Shown here: positions 12,821 through 23,261 of the stretch, piece after piece | Numbering within the stretch: the first letter of the stretch is position 1 | Layout: each line of letters begins with the position of its first letter | NCBI GenBank assembly: GCA_046563655.1 | Contig: CM102283.1 | Span: 7,626,001 to 7,690,000, forward strand | Direction: 5' to 3' | DNA: 64,000 nucleotides | From: Yuukianura sp. NJ FZ-2021 | Lineage: Eukaryota | Translations under genes and position numbers: made by a program | The notes under the pieces: model-generated | Database searches by the model: none | Seen by the model: the letters and a program-made list of their open reading frames with translations, nothing else | Told to the model about the DNA's origin: nothing

Positions 12821-13482
12821 AAAAGCAAAAAAAAAAAAAACGGTGCATAATTTTCCCGGAACTCGATGCCAGGATGTAGAGAGCATAGAATTTTTGCATT
12901 TTGTTGTTCTGAAGTCACTTTTTCACTTTTTGATTCCAAAGATACGGTTAAGTATTACATTTTATAAAATTTCAGAAATGTAAAAATGTAGCACCTTCAA
13001 CAGCTTTTCATATTGGCGTTTCTAAAACAAGAGAAAGTAGATAGAAGAGTAAAATAAGGATGACAAATATTATTCTTATCATATTGACCACTACTAATCT
13101 TAAACCAAGGTTTTGCAATAAGTTTGCATTGTAATCAAAAGTTGTCATTTGATCAAACGTGTATTTTCAACAACAAAAACAGAGCGGCTTGATTAAAAAA
13201 TTACTATTCGAAAAAAAATTATCACAAATCTCCCTATGTAGTACACACATTTTATTTCGGAATTGGTTCACCTTTAATTACAATTAAAATATAAAAAAAA
13301 CGCAAAGACGAAATTTACGAAAGTTCTCGCTGTAAAAAGCCAGTCAAGAAGTGAGCAGAAATTAAAAACAAAAAGTTTTCCAAAACTTTTAGGTCATAGA
13401 GTAATAATAAATGTCTAAAACCCCACAAACAAACTTTCAAAATCGCATTGTTAAAAAACTTCAATTTTACTTTTTACTAAAA

Positions 13483-14756
13483 CTATTGCTTAATAACTTT
13501 TTTATGAACACTTCTGTTAGTCACAAAAGTATTGACTACAATTCTGTTCCAAAGTTCTAAAAATTCTTTTTCAAATTGAGTGCCTTGTTCAACCAGAAAA
13601 AACAGAACAGTACCGTACGCCCTATTGAATATGGCGTCTCCATTGACTTCACCGTACTTCCTATCCGTACTTAACTTCAAAAGTGTTGTATCACTAACGC
13701 CATTATTCGGATGATACCGGTACCATTTGTAAGAGAAATCCTCCAAGTATATCGGCGCTTCGGTACCGTCCGACTCCGAATTGATCCTTGGTGGAAGTAT
13801 GCCCGTGATGTAAACATCTTCATGTGTTACCAACAGCTCATTTTCTTCGTACATTCCTGTCAACAACCTTGGAACAAGTGATGACCTAATCATGTACCCC
13901 ACTCCTGCGCAGTGTCTTGGAAAATACTTGCCCGGTATCTGGTCATAGGTGACATGGTACCTCTGATAAGGTCCTGTTGTGTTTCTAATCATTTCTTCAT
14001 TGTCGTGAATCCAGCATCGGAAGGAATCGGGTCCCTGGGTAGGCGGTAAGGCAATTTCACTGGTCAATTTGAAAATGTTGACAATGACGTCATCGTCTGT
14101 TTTGACCACTAGTTCTGGTTGTGTGCAGTACATTGACAGCCATTCATAAGCCATGATGGCTTTCCGAGTTAGATTTCGGTAGGTGTCGGTAAATAGTCCG
14201 CTGACAATGTCTCCATATTGGTCAAATTCCGCGTCAATTTTCCCGCTAACTTCTGAATTTTCACCGGGTTGGCCAATGTGACCAAGGAAAAATACTAAAG
14301 CAGCTACTGTGACGTCGTTAAAAGTTTTGATGGATCCGTACGTTTCTCGGATAAGTTTTCGTTCATTGAAGTTTCTACGGGCGGACAAAACGACGATGAC
14401 GATGTTTTTGTTAGAAGGATTCGTGAAATTGCACAAATCCGGGTTGTTAAGCACAAATGTGGTCATTTGCACACGCGAGTTGTCGTCGTTGGTCTCATTT
14501 CCGACAAATATTTCAGGAGAAGTGGTAGTTCCGATTTCAGGATTACTAAAAAACATAAAAAAAAAATTGGTAGAATTTTCGAGAAAAATGTGTAAATTTT
14601 AGTAATTCTGGAAACTATTTTTACTTACGTTCGATTAGAAGCAAAACTTTTTATGGTGTTGGACCAATAAAATGTGCCAATTAGTACATAAAACCCGCCG
14701 AATATCAAAAACGGCAAAATACAAAAAACAGGACGTTTCACAATCTGATTGAACAT
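13483..14756 (-). CDS. GT31 beta-1,3-glycosyltransferase, copy 2
   Basis: Exon 1 MFNQIVKRPVFCILPFLIFGGFYVLIGTFYW is in frame with the catalytic exon. Same GT31 motifs as copy 1. Confidence 0.92.
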
Positions 14757-14939
14757 AATGGATTCGGTTTTTTTTTGTAGAATTTCTGTTTTAACTTTGT
14801 ACGTGGAGCGACACTTTAAGTTTGTGCAAAAATTTGACTTAATTTCGAGACTTTGAGTGCCAACGGCAGATTCAGTTTCCAGAATTGAAGGATGTTAATC
14901 CAGGACGCATTAACGGATATAAACTTAATTGTCTAATAT

Positions 14940-15208
14940 GGATGTTGGATATCGCTAGTTGCTTGATGCTGTTTCTAGCCATACATGACTGCTGTTCCTC
15001 TGTGGGCGAAGATCCATTTGTGACAGTTTGTGATGTAGTAGTTAACGTCAAGGCTTTTGAGGTCAACTGGAATTTGAAATATGGTTTCATAATACATTAT
15101 ATTATATTATGGTGTTGGTCTACCCAAAAACAACCATATTTTTGGCCTTCAAAAGTGGAATAAACTCTTCAAATGTATTGCCAACTCCCGGAACAGATGA
15201 AATATGCC
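14940..15208 (-). pseudogene. Degenerate internal fragment of the PLP lyase gene (HISSVPG ... DYYITNCHKW ... ATIHP region)
   Basis: Nucleotide similarity to ~8670-8900 and ~17500-17730 (e.g. ccatttgtgacagtttgtgatgtagtagt, tttgaggtcaactggaatttga), with an AT-rich insertion replacing the DGAH region. No intact ORF. Confidence 0.85.
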
Positions 15209-15329
15209 AGCGAAAATCGTTTTCAAAAACTTTGGGGTTGTAGTGTATAAAAAGAAAGATCTAAACGCTGAAAAGGAAACCCTTCAAAATCACATTCCTA
15301 AAAACTCGACTTTTATTTTTATAAAAAAA

Positions 15330-16610
15330 CTATTCCTTAATAACTTTTTTATGAACACTTCTATTAGTCACAAAAGTATTGATTATAATTCTATTCCAAA
15401 GTTCTAAAAACTCTTTTTCGAATTGAGCGCCATGTTGAACCAGGAAAAAGAGAACTGTACCGTACGCCCTATTGAATATGGCGTCTCCATTGACTTCACC
15501 GTACTTGTTGTCTGTACTTAACTTCAAAAGTGTTGTATCACTGACGCCATTATTCGGATGATACCGGTACCATTTATAAGAGAAATCCTCCAAGTATATC
15601 GGCGCGTCGGTACCGTTCGACTTCGAATTGATCCTTGGCGGAAGTATGCCCGTGATGTAAACATCTTCATGTGTCACCAACAGCTCATTTTCTTCGTACA
15701 TTCCTGTCAATAACCTTGGAACAAGTGAAGACCTAATCATGTACCCCACTCCTGCGCAGTGTTTTGGAAAATACTTGCCCGGTATCTGGTCGTAGGTGAC
15801 ATGGTATCTCTCGTAACCCCCCGTCGTATCACGTATCATTTCTTCCTGGTTGTGAATCCTACATCGGAAGGAATCGGGTCCTTGTGTAGGTGGTAAAGCA
15901 ATTTCACTGGTCAATTTGAAAATGTTGACAATGACGTCATCGTCTGTTTTGACCACTAGTTCTGGTTGTGTGCAGTACATTGACAGCCATTCGTAAGCCA
16001 TGATGGCTTTCCGAGTTAGATTTCGGTAGGTGTCGGTAAATAGTCCGCTGACAATGTCTCCATATTGGTCAAATTCCTCGTCAATTTTCCCGCTAACTTC
16101 TGAATTTTCACCTGTTTGGCCAATGTGACCAAGGAAAAATACTAAAGCAGCTACTGTGACATTGTTAAACCTTTTGATGGATCCGTACGTTTCTCTTATG
16201 AGTTTTCGTTCATTGAAATTTCTACGGGCGGACAAAACGACAATGACGATGTTTTTCGTCAAAGAATTCGTGAAATTGCATAAATTCGGGTTGTTATGGA
16301 CAAATGTGGTCATTTGCACACGCGTGTTATTGCGTATGGTCACATTATTTGTTCCAAATGTTTCAGGAGAAGTCGTAGTTCCGGTTTCAAAATAACTAAA
16401 AAACCAGAAAAAATCTGTAGAGTTTTTGAGAAAAAAATCTCAATTTTAGTAATTCTGAAACCTAATGTTTACTTACATTTCATTTGCAGGTTGTACAGAA
16501 CTTTTTATGGGATTGTACCAATAAAATGTGCAAAATACATAAAATGCGCCAAAAATCAAACACGGCAAAATGCAATAAATTGGACGTTTCACAATCTGAC
16601 TGAACATCAT
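15330..16610 (-). CDS. GT31 beta-1,3-glycosyltransferase, copy 3
   Basis: Exon 1 MMFSQIVKRPIYCILPCLIFGAFYVFCTFYW is in frame with the catalytic exon. Same GT31 motifs. Confidence 0.92.
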
Positions 16611-17012
16611 GGGTTCCCTTTTTCGTTTTGCCGAATTTCTGTTTTAACTTTGTATCATAGAACGTCTTTAAATGCCGAACTGGACTAATGTTTCCTTTAA
16701 CATTTTCCGTATCTGAGCCCGTTGCTTGATATAAAAAAAATCAGTTCTAGATTAGCAAGTAGGACGCTGAACTATTACAAAAACAAAGCTAGCATAGCAA
16801 ACATAATAACAAAACTAAAAGACACTTCAACGTGGATACATTTGGATCTGCCGACTTTTAATTTCTGTTATCTAAAGATAAGCGGTGTTTCTTTGTACGT
16901 TAGACTTACGCAAAGTCCAGAGATTTCCAAAAAACTCATTCAGAAAAGTATTTTCTACTTCAAACAATCCAAATTTTGAATAAAGTTTCCAAATATTGAA
17001 CCTAAAAATTTT

Positions 17013-18355
17013 CTAATTAGAAATTTCACTTTTAGTTGTAGAATTCAACTCATCGCAAATCGTTTTGAAAGCTTCGGCTGCCTTTTCAAAATCACTCAAC
17101 TCATTGTAAATTTGAGCAGAAAAACGAGCCCATAATTTTCCATTGTGCTTGTGCGTAAGGACAAACATGTTAAACCGATTCATCAAAGCATCGTCCCAGT
17201 AGTCTATGTCGGATGCTGGAGCTTTTTCGGGGTCATTGACCGGAAGTTGTACGTCAACCAGATTGGCAATTTGATCTTCCGTTTGAAGTACTGTCGTTCC
17301 AAGGTGATTGGCCACCAGAGCTCCACCCTTGACGGCAAGGTCATGCGTATAGTTCATAAGCGTCGATTCTCCAATTTTAGCACGAAATGCAATGGCAGCA
17401 GGAACGGTCATGTAGGAACTGAAATCAATTGTCCCTGTCCAGAAAAATTCTTTTTGAAAGTTAGCAGGTATGGCATAGTGGCTGGAAATTGATGCTGGAT
17501 GGATAGTTGCTTGATGTTGTTTGTTGACGTACATGACGGCTGTTCCTCTGTGGGCGTAGAGCCATTTGTGACAGTTTGTGATGTAGTAGTCAACGTCAAG
17601 ACTTTTGAGGTCAACTGGAACTTGACCTATGGCATGAGCTCCGTCAATGACAACCAAAATATTTTTGGCTTTCAACAGTGGAATCAACTCTTCAATTGGA
17701 TTTCGAACCCCGGGAACTGATGAAATATGATCAATAACTGCAATTCGAATTCGCGAATTTGGACTTTGGTTGTCATCCAAGAAATTCGCAAAGTTTTGCA
17801 CAAGTTGCTCGTTTGAAATTGGATAGTTTACGGGAAATGCCAAAGTCTTGACGGTTCCCTCATTGAAATCTTCAATAAATTGTAAAACTGCTTTGACTGC
17901 CTTGTAGCCTGTAGTAAAATGAAGAATTCTGTCGCCTTGTTGGAACTTCATACTCCGGAAGATGGCGTTCATGCCAGTAGTTGTGTTGGGGACCAAGACG
18001 AGGTCATCTGGGTCATCTACATTTAGATAAACAGCAAGATGGCGACGTACATTGGCCAACTCTTCCATAATGTCAAAGTTCATCCAGCGGTCGATGTTGG
18101 CCTCTGCTCGGTCATGGAATGCCAAAAAAGCATTTTTGACTTCCTTGGGATACGTTCCTGTTAAGATTTTAAAAACTTCCATTTTGAAATATGTTTTGAA
18201 ACATTTTTAATTTATGAAATATTTTGAAATATTCGTACCGTAGGATCCATGATTGAGTGGAGTAAAGTCTGGATTCATACAGAATTCTTGGCGCATTGAT
18301 TTGCCAAGCGCTGGAAGTTCCTTTGTTGTCGTATAAGATCCCATAGCTGCCAATT
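17013..18355 (-). CDS. PLP-dependent C-S lyase (Egt2/CefD-like), copy 3; 5' end unresolved (possible start MGSY at 18344)
   Basis: Exons 18355-18239 and 18157-17013 are in frame, with LNHGSYG, IDHISSVPG, DGAHAIG, NCHKW and WARFSAQIY. A further 37-nt exon may lie just upstream (~18426-18462). I found no signal-peptide exon. Confidence 0.88.
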
Positions 18356-19826
18356 CTACAAGTTTTTTGCAATTCGCAAATTTGAATTTTTAGGCTTCTC
18401 GAATTAGTCAAAGGCTTAAAAGTACCTAAAATCGCAATATTTGAAAATTCAATTTGTGTTTTCTAAACAAAGTAAAGTAATTTCAGTTTTCAGAGCTGGG
18501 ATGAAGCAGTCATTCGACTAAATTTTATGTTCAGAGCTTCTGAGAAATCTAAAATTATCACATTAACGGTTCCGCATGTAACAAAATGGAAAGATTTTGA
18601 ATTCGAACCCGTTGGGTTTCAGCAGTGTAAAGCTTTGGTTTACGATTACACAAGGTTAACACTTCGTTTGACCCCGATGACATATGTGTCCTTGCTCTTT
18701 TCAGATTTTCTAATTTCAGACGATGACACATTTGACTCAAATTGCTTTTCATCAGCCAAAACCGTAAAGTTAGAACTTCTAAGTTAGAAGTTAGGATGGA
18801 TCTCAACCGTTGTTGTTAAATTTTGAAGCCGTTTATAAAATTTTTGAAACAAAATTTCTAATTTTCCCCACAAAATGTCTATTTTTTGACGAATTTCTAT
18901 TTGGGCAGTTTAGAACTTTCTTTTAGTGAAAAGGTGAAATCAAAACCAAGCTTGATAAAAATAGCAATAAAATATTTCTGATCTCTTGCCAAAATCGGCA
19001 AAAAAAAAATGAAAATTTTGTTTTGGTTTTGGATGATTTTTTGCAGAGAAGGTAGAAAGTATTACGGCACGAATTCATAACATGACAAGATTTCATATGT
19101 CACGATTTATTTTAAGTGATTACTTCATATGGGAGTTAATCGTGTAAAGTTATAAGATTATAAAAAAGTCAAGGTCCATTTGCACATTTAGTACATGTTG
19201 GCTGATGCTTGGAAGAACAAGATGAAGATGCTGATGGTAATCTGGGATTGGCTGAGATTTTGACTGTGCTAATTGTGCAGGATCTTTACTATATGTTTAA
19301 GACGCAAGTAATTGGCTAAGGTGATCTCTAAACTTATCTTCAAGCCTCTTCAAGTCCTTAAGAACTGTAGGATGCCAAAAGTTTTAAGTTCCATTGGAAA
19401 GATGCAATTCCTTGAAGGTTCGAATACCGTAAAACTTCTAGTAGAAGCTCCGGTGCGAATTTGATTTTAGCGTCTCCAGGTCCAGATTCGGCTGTTACTT
19501 AAGCATTCGTTTTTTTAAACCCCGGCGCTTACTGGAAGTTTTACGGTAAGCCGTTCTGTTTGATCTCTTCTTATTCATGATCACCCACCGCATCTCTTCG
19601 TTTTTTTCTTCCTTGTGATTGTTTATCCTCTTGTTGACTCTTTGCCCACATTCACAGAAATGATTCCACAAGTACACGCGTGTAAGTTGGCAATGACGGT
19701 AAGACTTGCATAAAATTAGGTCGTGTGAATTTCGCATTCTGTCTGTGAGCAAATCAGGTTCTCTTGAGATTCAGTAGTAGCAAGATCATCTTCGGGAAGG
19801 ATTTGGCGCTACGTCCAAAAGGGAAG

Positions 19827-21906
19827 ATGCTGCTCGAAGCATTTTTGATCCTCGTGCTGGCTCTGGTAGCCTTTTATGCGTTCCTGTACATTGATTCCGT
19901 CAATCGCCGAAATTCAGTTCCGCCAGGATTTCCGCCTGGTAAGAATTAAGCATCAAAAGATTTTAAAACAATTTAGTTTGCAAAATTTAAAAAATTTGCA
20001 AACTTGAATAATTTTTACCTACCACTTTTTTGTTTGTTATGGTTTTTTTCTTTCAATATTTTTCAGGACCAACGACACTTCCACTTCTGGACAATTTTTC
20101 GTTTTCTAGTTCCAATTTGAGAAAAACTGTTGAAAAACTACGTGAAAAGTTTGGAGATATAATTGGACTTCAGTTTGGGCCAAAAAAGTAAACTTGGGAG
20201 CTTTTCGAAAAAACATTTTCTTTGATAAAGAATCAAAATTTTGACGTTCTTGGTGGAATTTTTTTTAATGCAATAGCGTCGTGATCATCAGCGATTATGA
20301 CTTGATCCAGGATGCCTACAACACTCCAGCGTTATGTGGCAAGCACGTTTCCGAAGTAGACGCCATCATTACACAGAAAAGCAATTTGGGTAAGACAAGG
20401 TTCTGAAAAAACAAAAATGTCAAAGATCAAGATTGAGAAATTTTGTTTTGTTTTAAAATTTGTTCAAATAGGCAGTACAGCCACTCACCCTGGCGGTTTG
20501 GAAGTTGAATGGAGCAATTTAGAGAGAAAGTTCATTTTGAAAACACTGCGTGACTTTGGCTTTGGACCAAAAACGATAGAGTCCATAATTCAAGAAGATG
20601 TGACAGAACTGATCAACAGTTTCAAAACAGTACTTGGGCGTCCAATTAATCCAACATCTTCACTGCAACTGGCAGTATTCAATGCTCTTCTTCGATTCAT
20701 AACGAGTGACGCTCATCAGCAAAAAGACTCCAGCTTGCAAGTTCTCTGGGAACAGTTTGAAACGTAACCTATTCAAAAATTAAATTTTAAATTGTTAGAT
20801 TTTCAAAATTTTTACAAAGTTTACTTTGTTTTTTTGTAGAGTGATGTCAACTGAAAACGTTCAACTTCCAACACTGCTCACTCGATTCCTGCCGCCTCAA
20901 CTCTCCGGAAAGAAGAAATTGGAAAAAGCGGTGATTTTTGTTGAGCAATTTCTTAGACGAAAAATGGTTGAGCACAAAAATAGTACTGTTGGTACTGCCG
21001 ACGAAGATTTTTTTCTGCGTGACTTCATGGATGCTTATTTAGAAGAAATCAAGGACACGCGTAACTCAACGTCGCCGTTTTACGGTGAAGTTGGTGGTAA
21101 GGATTCCTAAAAAAATTCGAATTTTTGAAAATATTTAACAAAAACTTTTAGAAAAACGTTCATCATTTAAATAGAACTTAACCTGCTACTGTCATGCCTC
21201 AACCTGATTGGCGGAAGTAGAAAAACTTGCACCACAATCGTGTGGGCTTTGTATCACATTGCGCAGGATCCAGCAGTGCAGAAGAAGCTCCAAGAAGAAA
21301 TTGACCGTCATATTGGTATCTACAGACTTCCAAAAATCAAGGACAAATTGACGTACAAACATTCAAAATTCAAAAATTCATATATAATATTTCAAAAACT
21401 GAGAAACTTAAGCCTACTTCTTACCTTATTTCAGGATGCCCTACACCGAAGCCCTTATGCTCGAAACATTCCGAATGACTTCAGTGACTCCATTCGGTAA
21501 TCCACACAATTCCACTGAAGAAGTATCGTTCCACGGTTACACCATTCCGCAAGACACTTTAATCTTAACTAACCTCCATGACGTACATCATGACAAGAAA
21601 CACTGGGAAGATCCAGATAGATTTCGTCCAGAACGGTTTCTAACGCCAAATGAAAAGGAAGTTGTCAAAGCCCATCGTCCAGTGATATGGTCCACAATTG
21701 GGAAACGAACTTCACCAAATGAACTGCTGGGCAGTGATAACTTTTTTCTATTCATAACAAGCATTTTCCAAAGATTTACAATCTCTGTTCCCTCTGATAC
21801 GCAACAAGTGACTCCAGTGGGATTTGAAACAGTGCCGAACTTTAAGGTGGTCATGGAAGATCGACTGGAGTTCCTTGACAGAAATGGAAAGCATGAAGTA
21901 GAGTGA
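19827..21906 (+). CDS. Clan-2 cytochrome P450-like protein lacking the heme-thiolate cysteine
   Basis: Seven in-frame exons: TM anchor, PPGP hinge, LRDFGFG, DFMDAYL, VQKKLQEEID, MPYTEA..ETFR (ExxR) and FRPERF. The heme loop reads WSTIGKRTSPNE. Confidence 0.9.
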
Positions 21907-22029
21907 ATTTGAAAATGGAGGCGGGAGAAGTACTCAGAATTCCAAAAAATATTCTTTTAATTTTGGTTTTTCGTTTTAATTACTAATAAGATTCCAATAA
22001 AGCAGTTTTGCTCGTCAAGACGTAATGTT

Positions 22030-23261
22030 TTACATGCGGATAGCAAGAGGAGCTGATGATGTTTCCGGATCTGCGGTGTCAGTTTCAAGACTTCGTTGAA
22101 AAGCTTTCAGACTCTCGGAAATGCCCGTTTCATCCTAATTTGCAAAAATACACAAATTCATTTCAGTGAAACAAGGTTTAAAACTGTTTTTAACCAAGCT
22201 AACTTACTGCACTTAAGTCGGACGCAGAGTCATCAGAAACAGGAGACGGTAAGTTCTTTAAAATTCCGATTAGCTTGGTACCCAACTCTGTCCGAATTTG
22301 TTTTTTGACTCCTGGATATGGACTGGTGTAGATACTGTAGATCACTTGAAGATTTGCAACCATGAATGAATTGGTTTCTGCTGTGTCGATGATAGTGCTT
22401 GCAAACGTTGAGATTTGAGAAAGATCCACTGTAAATATTCAACATAAAATGACTCAACCGTGCCAGAGTTAATTAGAAAAAACTTACGTTTTGCTGTGAG
22501 TGGAACATCTCTGAACATTGACGCAATTATCCGGCCAGTCCTGTTTCTGCTATTCAAATCCGAATCGTCCGTGTACAATTTGAACAAGAACTCAATGCCT
22601 AGCTCTGGATCTTCAAGGACAGACTGTATTCCTGAAGAATTTGAGCTGATTGCACACGATGCAGCGTAAAGCAGTTTGGTCTTGAATGATTTCTGTGTTG
22701 TTCTTGCTGCGGCTTGTAACAATCTTTTCACTAACCCATTTCCATCTGAGTGTGTTTGAAATGTCGGATTGTTTGAGGCAATGTTTGCAATAATATTGCA
22801 TGAGGTTTCCCGAATCATGGGATGATTTGAGTCTAACAGGGAACTACAGAGCTTGATACCACCCAAAGCGATGAATTCTATCGAAATTGTGCATTTACCA
22901 GTATTTTTAAGTCACAATTTCTATGAACCGTGCTCATAGTGAAGCAAAACATTTCAGTCTTACCATCACCAGCATGCAAATCCTCAGTAAGTTCTTCCAA
23001 CAATTCGCTAATTCTCAGTTCCTCTTCAGTTGGCTTCCGAGGCTGTTCGGCACAGAATTTCTCTAAAGTGCGTGCCATCGAGGTTAAAGTATTCCCTGTT
23101 CCATGGCTATTCACTGTTGACTCCAAAGCTGCTTCGATGAATTTCTTGTCCTTAGCGATCCATTAATGATACAACATTAAATCTATGTTATCACTATTCA
23201 CTAAGTGCCAGTTTTGCGGCGGACAGGCATGAAATGGTAACATCCTCACCTCGTCAGACAT
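22030..23261 (-). CDS. HSPBP1: Hsp70 nucleotide-exchange factor HSPBP1/Fes1-like (ARM repeats)
   Basis: MSDE|DKKFIEAALES ... EFIALGGIKLCSSLLDSNHPMIRETSCNIIANIASNNPTFQ ... KTKLLYAASCAI. The 'GG..L...L...R...A.NNP..Q' and 'K.LYA.S' motifs are typical of the family. Last exon ends APLAIRM*. Confidence 0.75.

Noticed and set aside
8317-17720. Plus-strand ORFs antisense to the lyase and GT31 genes (e.g. 8317-8664, 17145-17492, 16296-16688)
   Set aside because: They are shadow ORFs, repeated only because the sense genes are duplicated.
6429-18355. Calling the lyases definitively isopenicillin N epimerase (cefD) or egt2
   Set aside because: The motifs cannot separate these activities, and no IPNS, ACVS or Egt1 gene is in the window.
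6429-18355. Fungal contamination or chimeric assembly
   Set aside because: The genes have host-style short AT-rich introns, are interleaved with animal-type GT31 genes and are contiguous with arthropod genes. Read-level confirmation is still desirable.
18527-19752. ORFs between lyase copy 3 and the P450 (18558-18806, 19495-19752)
   Set aside because: No motifs, and I could not splice them in frame to the lyase. They are probably UTR or promoter sequence.
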